This document shows, in pieces, positions 10,738 to 20,300 of a stretch of DNA of 64,000 nucleotides (within the stretch, counting starts at the first letter, position 1; the number at the start of each line of letters is the position of its first letter). The notes under the pieces are model-generated. The model saw only the letters and a program-made list of their open reading frames with translations, was not told the origin of the DNA and did not search any database. Source of the DNA: Schmidtea polychroa (taxonomy: Eukaryota); contig CM097885.1 in assembly GCA_044892525.1 (NCBI GenBank), positions 246,698,001 to 246,762,000 of the forward strand, given 5' to 3'. Position numbers and translations under genes: made by a program.

Positions 10738-10809
10738 ATATTATAGAGTAATTAAATCAATTTATTCTTTACGATATAAACAAAATTAATTTTTAAATAA
10801 ATATTAAAA

Positions 10810-11436
10810 ATGGAACTAAGAAATGATGCTGTATATCAAATAGTCGGACCAAGTGGTAGCGGCAAAACTTTGTTTGTTTGCAAATTACTAAAATCACATT
10901 TATTTGAATCAAAATTTAACAAAATGTATTGGCATCGAGGTGCTGATCAAGAACACGGATTGACTCAATCAAGTTTCTGTAAATTGAAAAATATGAAAAT
11001 AGTAGAGGGATTTGATAAAAATTGGTCCAGTAGACTAAAGAAGGGGGATGTCATAATTATTGATGACTTGTATCAAGAAGCTAATAAAGAAAAGAATTTC
11101 AATAATTTATTTACCAAAATCAGTAGACACGTTGGTGTAACTGTTATTTTTATAACTCAAAATCTATTTCATCAAGGTGGTGCACATCGAACACGTAATT
11201 TAAATGTACAATATTTAGTTATTTTCAAGAATCCTAGAGATGCAACAGTGATTGATTTTCTTGCACGTCAAGCATACCCTAACAATCGTAATTTTCTTAT
11301 CAGTGCATTTCAAGATGCTACAAAAATACCTCATGGATATATATTTCTTGATTTCACACAACAATGTCCCGATGATTTACGAGTAAAAACAGCTATTTTC
11401 AACCCAAAAGGTGCCATGGTTTATAAACAAAGTTGA
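10810..11436 (+). CDS. A32/FtsK-like genome-packaging ATPase, 208 aa
   Basis: Walker A GPSGSGKT, Walker B VIIIDD, and FTKISRH and FITQNLF motifs typical of Polinton ATPases. Confidence 0.95.
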   Translation: MELRNDAVYQIVGPSGSGKTLFVCKLLKSHLFESKFNKMYWHRGADQEHGLTQSSFCKLKNMKIVEGFDKNWSSRLKKGDVIIIDDLYQEANKEKNFNNLFTKISRHVGVTVIFITQNLFHQGGAHRTRNLNVQYLVIFKNPRDATVIDFLARQAYPNNRNFLISAFQDATKIPHGYIFLDFTQQCPDDLRVKTAIFNPKGAMVYKQS

Positions 11437-11454
11437 AAACCTCTATGAATAATA

Positions 11455-11988
11455 ATGTTTCTAAAAGCAAGGGTGAAAAATATTAGGAAATTAAGAAAAA
11501 GTATTAAAAAGAGTATTAAAGTTCCAAAGGTTCCACCAACAACTAGTTATACACCATCTAAAAAACTTGTAACTGAAAATTTCTCTGCAATGAATCTTAT
11601 TTCGAAAAATCCTAAACCTAAACGTGAAACCCGTAAAACCCGTAAAGCCGGTAAAAAAGTAATTAAAAATCATCGCAGTTTTCCATTTTTTAATGCATTG
11701 TTAAAGGCCCCGAGTATGAAAAGAATGAATATATTGCAATCATTCCCAAATTTTGTTGTCGATGATTTACTCAATATTATACTTAAAGTAGTCAAAGGCA
11801 AAATTAAAATCAGTAAATCAAAAAAGCATTTATTGAGCAAACATAGGAAACCTTTGTTATCATTAGTAAATAATAAAAATCGTAAGCAAATGAGGAAAAT
11901 TATATATAAACAACAAGGTGGATTTATTGGTGCATTGATACCTCTGGCATTATCATTATTAGGTGGAGTTGTAGGAAATCAATCATAA
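11455..11988 (+). CDS. Highly basic putative core/DNA-condensing protein, 177 aa, with an adenovirus pX-like C-terminal hydrophobic helix
   Basis: K/R-rich; ends KQQGG|FIGALIPLALSLLGGVVG, reminiscent of the GG-cleavage site plus hydrophobic tail of adenovirus pX. It lies between the ATPase and integrase genes. Confidence 0.7.
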   Translation: MFLKARVKNIRKLRKSIKKSIKVPKVPPTTSYTPSKKLVTENFSAMNLISKNPKPKRETRKTRKAGKKVIKNHRSFPFFNALLKAPSMKRMNILQSFPNFVVDDLLNIILKVVKGKIKISKSKKHLLSKHRKPLLSLVNNKNRKQMRKIIYKQQGGFIGALIPLALSLLGGVVGNQS

Positions 11989-11991
11989 ACA

Positions 11992-12219
11992 ATGGGTGCT
12001 AATCCTTCATTACCTAATTTAAATTTTAATTTTAAATCTTCTTGCTGTAATGGAGAAGATTTGGACGAACCCAGAAGACGAAGCCGGTTTCGGTGGAGTG
12101 GCAAAATTAAAGAAAAGAGTTCCGAATTCGAAAAAAGAAACCCAGAAGTGGTTATCAGATCAGCTTGCGTACAGTTTGAACAAACCAATGCGGAAAAGAT
12201 TTCCAACAAGAGCCTATAA
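11992..12219 (+). CDS. Candidate overprinted 75-aa ORF with an N-myristoylation motif, overlapping the integrase 5' end
   Basis: The ATG is in a strong context (aacaATGG), 3 nt after the previous stop. It reads MGANPS (Gly2, Ser6) and runs in a different frame from the integrase. May be fortuitous. Confidence 0.4.
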   Translation: MGANPSLPNLNFNFKSSCCNGEDLDEPRRRSRFRWSGKIKEKSSEFEKRNPEVVIRSACVQFEQTNAEKISNKSL

Positions 12220-13189
12220 AACATTTGGTATTGACGATTTATGGCAAATGGATTTGATGGAGATGATACCGTATTCGAAAATTAACAATGGGAATAAATA
12301 TATTTTAACATGTATTAATGTATACAGCAGGTTTGCACGAGCAATACCAGTCAAGGCAAAATCTGCAGATGAAATGTCAAAGGCAATTAATATTTTATTT
12401 AAAGATGGACATCCTANNNNNNNNNNNNNNNNNNNNNNNNNNNNNNNNNNNNNNNNNNNNNNNNNNNNNNNNNNNNNNNNNNNNNNNNNNNNNNNNNNNN
12501 NNNNNNNNNNNNNNNNNNNNNNNNNNNNNNNNNNNNNNNNNNNNNNNNNNNNNNNNNNNNNNNNNNNNNNNNNNNNNAATAGCAAAGTTAAGCAAGTCCT
12601 CGATAAACTGAAAATAAATCACTACTCGGTACATTCTCAATACAAAGCTGCCCATGTTGAAAGATTTAATCGAACATTGAGAGATAGATTAAAGAAATTG
12701 TTCGTGCATCAAGGTAATAAAAAATGGGTAAATGCTTTACCGAAAATAATAACAAGTTATAATCATTCATCACACCGAGGACTGAATGGATTAAGACCGG
12801 TTGATATTACATCAAAAACATTCTATTCTAAGAAATCTGTAAAAATTGCAAAACCTAAATATAAAGTCGGTGATCATGTTAGAATTAGTAAAATTAGTGC
12901 ATCACCATTTATTAAAAATTTTGATACAAATTGGAGTGATGAAGTCTTTGTAATTTCAAAAATAAATACTAAACAGAATCCTGTAATGTATGTCATCAAA
13001 GACAGTGATAATAATATTGTACAAGGGAAATTTTATGAGCAGGAATTACAAGTCATTCCTCCTCCAAAGGTATTTAGAATTCAAAAAATATTGAAAACTA
13101 AAAAGGTCGGCAAGGATAAACAATACTATGTCAAATGGCATGGTTATCAAAACCCGTCATGGATATCAGCAAAGGACCTAGTAAAGTGA
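12050..13189 (+). CDS. int: Retroviral-like (rve) integrase with a C-terminal chromodomain
   Basis: WQMDL (first catalytic Asp), KAAHVERFNRTLR (Glu) and chromodomain FRIQKIL...YYVKWHGY...SWI. The second Asp falls in the N gap at 12417-12577, so intactness cannot be verified there. Confidence 0.93.
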   Translation: MEKIWTNPEDEAGFGGVAKLKKRVPNSKKETQKWLSDQLAYSLNKPMRKRFPTRAYKTFGIDDLWQMDLMEMIPYSKINNGNKYILTCINVYSRFARAIPVKAKSADEMSKAINILFKDGHPXXXXXXXXXXXXXXXXXXXXXXXXXXXXXXXXXXXXXXXXXXXXXXXXXXXXXXNSKVKQVLDKLKINHYSVHSQYKAAHVERFNRTLRDRLKKLFVHQGNKKWVNALPKIITSYNHSSHRGLNGLRPVDITSKTFYSKKSVKIAKPKYKVGDHVRISKISASPFIKNFDTNWSDEVFVISKINTKQNPVMYVIKDSDNNIVQGKFYEQELQVIPPPKVFRIQKILKTKKVGKDKQYYVKWHGYQNPSWISAKDLVK

Positions 13190-14202
13190 ATTTTTATACT
13201 ATTTTACCGAGCAATAGTTGCCCATTAATTCATCCAGACAATCAAGCCAGTAAATTTATGGTCAATCTCCAGAATCCGATTTCTTTAAATGGTGACTGGG
13301 AAGTTGCACTGCAAGATTTTACATTCGTGTACAACACATTCCCATTTTATAGTCAATGTAAGATTGATTTCAAAAGGAATATTGTGAAAACATGTAGCGG
13401 TATCTTTATTATTAGTAATTATGATAAAACATATCATATTCCGAACCAAATATTAGATTCGCATTGCTATATATTTTACAAGGATGGATTAAATATCAGT
13501 TGTGATTTTAAACCATTTACAATAACATTCGAAACTATTGAAGATGCCAAACGAATGGGTTGCAATAAGCTGAAAAATATTGTTATGGAGACCGAGTATT
13601 TATTACGTTTTAATCTATTTGAAGCAAACAGTATAGTGAAAGAAGAAATCAAAATATCTGTGTCGTATAACGATGAAGTTGAAGAATCATTCATCTTTGC
13701 TGATGAATTATATTTTGATAAACTTGATGTATTACTTAAATATTTAAAGTTCAATTGTTCACACATATTTAAAAATTTGGAAATTGTGAAAGATTTGATG
13801 TTTACCTTCAGTTTGAATGAGGATATTTGCGAAGTTACATTTGATAAAAATTTGGCAAATTCACTTGGATTAGATAAGCAAATATATAGAGAAAAATCGA
13901 CTGGTATACGCAAACCAAGAATACTAGAACATCATCAACAAATGTTCATATATACTAACATTATCGAGCCCATAATTGTTGGTGATTCCAGTGTTCCTCT
14001 TTTGAAATCGGTATGGATTGGAAAATATGAACATGATGAAGTTGTCAATATAAATATCGATAATCCCATGTATTTACCAATAGCAAGTTCATGTATAAAC
14101 AATATAGAAATAAATATTCGTGATGATAGTGGAAAACTTATAAACTTTCCAAAAGGTTCAAAAACTCATTTGACATTACATTTTCGTAAAGTAGATGGCT
14201 AA
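13135..14202 (+). CDS. Minor capsid (penton-like, single jelly-roll) protein; start uncertain
   Basis: N-terminal FYTILPSNS...F.V.L..PISLNGDWEVAL and C-terminal IYTNIIEP..VGD...PLL...IEINIRDDSG...LHFR are Polinton penton motifs. The codon at the expected start (13186) is GTG; in-frame ATGs exist at 13135 and 13159. Confidence 0.88.
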   Translation: MAWLSKPVMDISKGPSKVNFYTILPSNSCPLIHPDNQASKFMVNLQNPISLNGDWEVALQDFTFVYNTFPFYSQCKIDFKRNIVKTCSGIFIISNYDKTYHIPNQILDSHCYIFYKDGLNISCDFKPFTITFETIEDAKRMGCNKLKNIVMETEYLLRFNLFEANSIVKEEIKISVSYNDEVEESFIFADELYFDKLDVLLKYLKFNCSHIFKNLEIVKDLMFTFSLNEDICEVTFDKNLANSLGLDKQIYREKSTGIRKPRILEHHQQMFIYTNIIEPIIVGDSSVPLLKSVWIGKYEHDEVVNINIDNPMYLPIASSCINNIEINIRDDSGKLINFPKGSKTHLTLHFRKVDG

Positions 14203-14557
14203 TTCTGATATTATTAGTATGTATAGTGATAGCCAATCTGGCGGTGAATTACCATATTTTATTGGTAAACAGTACGGATCGGGATGGTTGAGAACAATTG
14301 GTAGATTTGCATTGCCTATTCTTAAACGTATTGGTAGTTTTGGTATGAAAACTGCAAAAGATGTTATTATGAATGAACAGAAAATATTACCATCTCTAAA
14401 AACAAATGCTTTAGCTGAATTAGGGAAAGTTTTACCAGGGGTTGCAGGTATGTTTCAAAAAGATACGCCTCCAGGTCCAGCTCCAAAACGTAAAAGACAT
14501 GGAATATCACGTATAAACAAACGAATGAAAGGACATGGAACTATATTTGCAAAATGA
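14195..14557 (+). CDS. Small Polinton virion protein, 120 aa, with an amphipathic helix (adenovirus pVI-like membrane-active candidate)
   Basis: QSGG and QYGSG motifs are followed by the amphipathic WLRTIGRFALPILKRIG and a basic tail KRKR. It lies between the penton and major capsid genes and overlaps both. Confidence 0.7.
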   Translation: MANSDIISMYSDSQSGGELPYFIGKQYGSGWLRTIGRFALPILKRIGSFGMKTAKDVIMNEQKILPSLKTNALAELGKVLPGVAGMFQKDTPPGPAPKRKRHGISRINKRMKGHGTIFAK

Positions 14558-15777
14558 TTTGTGGTAAATCTGAATTATGTATATTTGATAGACCATCGCC
14601 CCAGGCTGTAATAGAATTTGGGGCATTTGAGGAAGTTTTTCCTATGAATTCAATTACCGATAGTAGAAATGATGTAGAATTTTACATCAATGGTTCTCAA
14701 ACAGAATATTTAGATTTGAATGATACTTTATTGATTGTTCAAATCAAGGTTATAGATAAAGATAAAAAGGCTTTGGGTGATGCTGATGCTACAATACCTA
14801 ATAATTTTTTGTTTCATACACTTTTTAAAGATGCTATTCTTGGATTTAATAATATCAAGATTGAAGGTGGCAACAATACATATATCCACAAGGCGATAAT
14901 AGAAACTATTTTAAATTATAATACCGACACCAAAAATACATGTCTTACTCCTATGGGTTATGCAGCAACTGATGACGAACGGAAAAAATGGATTAAAGGC
15001 TCAAAGATTTTCACCATGTGTTCATCATTACAACTCGATTTTATGGATCAACCAAAATATTTACTTCCAGGAGTCAATGTACACATTAGACTGAAAAGAA
15101 CCGATTCTTCTTTATCATTAACTAGTGGTGCTGGTCAACCAATATGTCAATTAGTTGATGCAAAATTACTAGTAAGAAGAGTTCGAGTTGATCCGTCGGT
15201 ATTAGCAGGTCATCAGTTGGGTCTTAATTCTAAGCATGCAATCTATCCTCTGAAAACAAAAGAAATTGTTTCATTTGCAATAGCCAAAGGTGCTTCTTCC
15301 TTCTATAAGGAACAAATATTTGGAGATAGAAGAATGCCAAACTTTATTCTGGTAACATTTCAAGGTGAAGCACAATATAATGGTTCATATAGTGCCTCAA
15401 GCTCAATTTTCAAAACCTTTGGTGTTACATCTCTAACTTTGTCGAAAAATACTGATTATCGAGAAACATATACTCAAGATTTCGATAGTGACAATTACTG
15501 TGCTACATATATGCAGAGTATTGTTAGAAATATGGGATATTTAGATAAAAATTTGAATTGCGGCATAACTCTTGAAGAATTCAAAACCAAATATCCATTC
15601 TTTACATTTGTTTTGGCCCCAGATTTTGATTTGAATCAGAGTCAATTACCTCAAAATGGAAATTTACGATTAGATATAAAGTTTGCAAAAGCTATTACAG
15701 AACCTGTGCATGTTATAATATATGGAGTATTTGAAAATGAAGTTCAAATTACTGCAAATAGAACGGTTCTGGTATAA
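14554..15777 (+). CDS. Major capsid protein (double jelly-roll, hexon-like), 407 aa
   Basis: SELCIFDRPSPQ..IE...EEVFP, YLDLNDTLL, FMDQPKYLLPGVNVHIRLKR and GNLRLDIKFA motifs match Polinton MCPs; the ORF is intact. Confidence 0.92.
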   Translation: MICGKSELCIFDRPSPQAVIEFGAFEEVFPMNSITDSRNDVEFYINGSQTEYLDLNDTLLIVQIKVIDKDKKALGDADATIPNNFLFHTLFKDAILGFNNIKIEGGNNTYIHKAIIETILNYNTDTKNTCLTPMGYAATDDERKKWIKGSKIFTMCSSLQLDFMDQPKYLLPGVNVHIRLKRTDSSLSLTSGAGQPICQLVDAKLLVRRVRVDPSVLAGHQLGLNSKHAIYPLKTKEIVSFAIAKGASSFYKEQIFGDRRMPNFILVTFQGEAQYNGSYSASSSIFKTFGVTSLTLSKNTDYRETYTQDFDSDNYCATYMQSIVRNMGYLDKNLNCGITLEEFKTKYPFFTFVLAPDFDLNQSQLPQNGNLRLDIKFAKAITEPVHVIIYGVFENEVQITANRTVLV

Positions 15778-15804
15778 ATGTATACAGAAATACAGAAAGT
15801 TGTC

Positions 15805-16181
15805 ATGGAGTAAGTTGTTTTTTATACTGTTTAATTTATTAAAATAGTTCTGTTCAGGTTAATCGAATTGGAAAACAAATATTAGGAAATGAATTTTTAG
15901 GAGTTTTTCCTCTCGATAAAATACCATTTTTGAAAAATAATCAAGCCATAATCGTCAATACCCATTCATCTCATCTCGGCGGAGAGCATTGGATTGCAAT
16001 CTATATGAAACCAGATAAGATACATGTATTCGATCCTATGGGTTTCTATTATCCTGCTTTATTGGTTTCGAAACTACAAACAATGGGCAAACCTATTGTA
16101 TATAATAAAACAATGTATCAACACCCTTTAACTCGTACGTGCGGACAACATTGTTTAGGATGGCTTATGTCTATTAAATAA
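15805..16181 (+). CDS. Adenain-like cysteine protease, ~112 aa, spliced (exons 15805-15809 and 15848-16181)
   Basis: Catalytic residues appear in GEHW (His), FDPMG (Asp) and YQHPLTRTCGQHC (Gln, Cys). The frame has no ATG after the stop at 15840. ATG GA|gtaagt...aaatag|T TCT restores MDSVQVNRIG...FLGVFPLDKIP through a 38-nt intron. Confidence 0.85.
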
Positions 16182-16232
16182 TAAATGTTTTTATAAAAAT
16201 GTGTTTTTATTATTTTATAATTATTATTATGT

Positions 16233-16273
<41 letters not shown>

Positions 16274-16437
16274 GTTTTATTATTTTTATAATTATTATTA
16301 TGTTTTATATTATTACAATAATAACAAAGTCCGTCATGAACGGTGCATGCTCCGTGCATGATTAACAAAGGCATATTATCACGTTATAAACAATTGTAAT
16401 ACAAATTTCATCATAATTATTTTATTACAATTTTAAA

Positions 16438-16900
16438 ATGTCATCAATTAATACTAAAATCAATGTGGTTCTTTCGAGAAATGGTAAGGATTTTTATTTA
16501 TTTATTTATATTAAATAATTAAATTTACAATTAGAAACTCGTACCGTTAACTCGTCAGTCTTCAATAGGCGATTAGGTTCTGGAAATGATGGAAATGGTA
16601 TATTTATAATTATTATAAATACTTTAATTATTATTATTATCTTTATTATTTAGACAATTATTTTGGTGATTGGGCCGCAATTACCGAAAATGACGACATA
16701 TTAGATATTTCAAACATATTCCAAAATGGTAATTTATTAGTTTAATTAAAATTGTATTACCATTAACATTTTAGAATCTTCTGTTTCTCATAACAAGAAT
16801 TTTCCAATAATAAATGCCGCAGTAGTGGATACCTCCGTTGCGTATAATTTGAATGCTCCCATCCCTATTGGGGACTCAGTTTCGAATAACGAATCAAAAT
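16438..16900 (+). CDS. Multi-exon Polinton gene of unknown function (exons 16438-16483, 16535-16597, 16654-16728, 16775-16900; 3' end unresolved, gap at 17044-17175)
   Basis: Three GT-AG introns (51, 56, 46 nt) plus a fourth GTATGT donor are all phase 1, and the internal exons are 63, 75 and 126 nt. The joined frame is open: MSSINTKINVVLSRNETRTV...GDWAAITEND... Confidence 0.7.
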
Positions 16901-17350
16901 GTATGTTTCATTTTATTAATATATAGTTTTTAATTAATTAATAACTTAATAATAATATAGATTTTATGTAAATATAATGTAAATATAACTTTATGTAAAT
17001 CATTTCAGTTATCATTAAAATAGTAATTGTAATAGTAATAATTNNNNNNNNNNNNNNNNNNNNNNNNNNNNNNNNNNNNNNNNNNNNNNNNNNNNNNNNN
17101 NNNNNNNNNNNNNNNNNNNNNNNNNNNNNNNNNNNNNNNNNNNNNNNNNNNNNNNNNNNNNNNNNNNNNNNNNNNACATTAACTAATTATTTTATAGTTG
17201 ATAATATTATAGACAAATTTTAAATGAAAGATTAAATTACATTTATTATTATTATTATTATTATTATTAAATAAATAATACATTTTCATTCAATAAATAA
17301 TTATTTAACTTTTATTAGGCAAATTTTATCCTAAATATTGTAATTCGTCT

Positions 17351-20300
17351 ATGGGTCATGACAATAAATGCCACAAAAATATGAAGAAATATTATCGCCA
17401 ACCTTTTAATGGCATCAACTTTTTTATTTGCCCCATATGCAAAACTTCCCAGAGTGTAAGGTATAAGGAATTTTATAGTCAACATTCTCAGCACTTAAAT
17501 TCTTTCAAAACAAATAAACAAGAACTGTTTAAAATAATAAATAAGAATAACATTGAAATTGTAAATATTTTAAATAATAACACAAAAAAGAAATCTAATA
17601 AAAGACCTGCTGAACATAGGGTGTCTAAAATTAAAAATAAAATTATAAAAACTGAAGTTATTGAGATCAGTGACGACGAAATTATTAAAAATGAAGTCAT
17701 TCTACTCAGTGATGACGAATGTAATAATATTACATATACTATAAATCATGATATTATAAATGATAATATTGATACTATAAATGCTATAAATGAAAATATA
17801 AATAATGATAATACTATAAATACTATAAATCAAATAGGTGGATCATCTTTAGCGATTGAGCCGATAATAGAATCAAATTTAAATGGCGCCATTCGAACTA
17901 TTCGATTTAATATTGCCGATTCACAATTAATTAAAATTATAATAACGGATAAAATCACTGAAAAGTTAACATCTGAAATAAATAACATGGGTAGCGTCAA
18001 AATTCAATTCGCTATTCTTATAAGATTTGAAAAAGATGGGGAAATCCGTGACAACTACTTTTCAAATAACGCCGAGATCTTTTCGGATAACTTTTTAATT
18101 GAGGGAGTTAATAAGTTAAACGAAAAAATTGAAAAGTTTACCTATTTAGGTAGTGGCTGGAGAGTAATTAATATCTTAGAGATTGATTTCATTCTGACTA
18201 AATTTGCTCCTATTTGTCGCCTATCTGGTCATAGTTACATTCGTACACCCGCAGATTTGAAATCTAAAGGAGCAATTATTAATGTTAAAAATAAGGATCA
18301 TAAGTGTTTCCTTTATAGTATTCTCGCGCTCTTGAAAAAAGATGAAATAGGTAGCCACCCTGAAAGAGTTTCAAAATATGAAAATCTTTTAAATATTCTT
18401 AATTACAATGAAGTCACGGATTGTCCGATGAAATTGTGTAATATACCTAAATTCGAAAAGAAAAATTTAGACTTAAATCTTGCCATAAATGTTCTGGCTT
18501 ATACCCCTACTGTGATAGTTGATGATGATCAGGTTCCTAATGACTATGTTTTTAAACACCCCCACTTAAGTATAATTCACAGATCAACGGTTACTATCGG
18601 TACTCGAATTTATTTATTACTCTTGGAAAATAAGGATAATTATCATTACACCGCAGTGACCAACATTACACGTTTAATGAACTGCCATCGTAATAATGAC
18701 TGTAGTATTCAAATAAGATGCAAATGGTGCCCACATTGTCTTAACGGTTTTCGATTAGACAATGCTTTCACTAAACATGTGGCCCTATGCAGTAAAAATC
18801 AAACGGGTACAACCCTTTACACTTTACCCGAAAATAAATATTTAGAGTTTCAAAATCATTCAAAGAGAATCACCCCACCCTTTGTTATTTATGCCGATTT
18901 TGAATCGGTTTTACCTAAAGATGTTAAACATCATCAAATACATTTACCTATTTCAGCAGGTCTTTTATTAATAAATAATCTTAACAATAGAAAATCGTAT
19001 TACGAGTTTTATGGTCTTGATTGTATACCTCAATTTCTTAAAAAAGTAGAGGAAATTGCTGTCACAATTGTCCTACCTTATTATGAGCTTGAAGGGAAAA
19101 AACGGTTAGGACCTATGACTTTTGCTGAGGAACGACAATTCAAATCTTGTAGGAACTGCTATCTTTGCAAGAAGGTTTTATCCCTTGCTGTTCGAGATCA
19201 TGACCATTTTACTGGTAATTATCTCGGTGCAGCCTGTAGGAAATGTAATATGGCTCGCAGAATTTATAAACAGCTGCCGATTGTATTTCATAATTTACGA
19301 GGCTACGACTTACACCATATTTTAAAATATGGTCTCAATGGCTTTCCTTCTTGGAATTTGAATATAATACCCACAAGCACAGAGAAATTTATCTCGATGA
19401 TTGTTCACATTAAAAAATTAGCTGTTCGTTTTATCGACAGCATACAATTTGTTAATTGTTCTTTGGCTAAGGCTGTAAAAACTCTAACTGATCTTCCTTT
19501 GACTTCGTCGGTTTTTGATAGGTTAATAATAGATGCTAAAGCCATATTTCCTTATGATTATGCGACTGATTTGGATGTACTTGAAACCACTTATGAATTG
19601 CCTCCTATTTGGTCTGGTGTTACTGAAGATGAGTATGCTAAGGCTCAACTTATTTGGACTCAACAACGTTGTACTAAATTGGCTGACTATATGTTAACTT
19701 ATCAAAAATTGGATGTATTCCTCCTTGCGGACTATTTCCAACAATTTCGTGCCAAGGCCATTGCATACAATGGTCTAGAACCTCTAAACCTTTATGGTAT
19801 TCCGGGTATGTCATGGGCCTCAGCGCTTATGACATTTACTGAGCCTATAGAACTTTTACAGGACATGGAAATGTTCAATTTTTACGAAGGAGGAATACGT
19901 GGTGGGTTAACATTTGTTAACAAACATTACGTTGCTGCTTCTGATAATACAGAATTATTATATATTGATATAAATAATCTGTATGGTTGGGCTCTTAGCC
20001 AAAATCTTCCTTTTGCTGATTTCACTTGGGTGTATGATGGATTGAATGATGTATTGCTTGAGTGCATGAATGCTGACATTGAAATCCTTCCCTATGGTTA
20101 TACCATAGAAGTGGATATAGATATTCCAGAAATTTTTCATGATTTCTTAAATGACTTTCCTCTTGCTCCTGAGAAAATGTGCCCGCCTGGTTCGAAAGTT
20201 GAGAAGTTGATGCTCACGCATTGGCCAAAGAAGAACCATGTTCTTCATTGGAGGCTTCTCAAGCTTTATTTGTCTCTTGGTGCCAAAGTTGTACACATCC

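Noticed and set aside
12305-12335. Integrase TCINVYSR where relatives usually have an Asp
   Set aside because: This is not one of the DDE catalytic residues, so it is not evidence of inactivation.
12214-12655. Extra ORFs overlapping the integrase
   Set aside because: They are open only because they run through the N gap. The gap also looks longer than the ~12 residues normally found between these integrase motifs.
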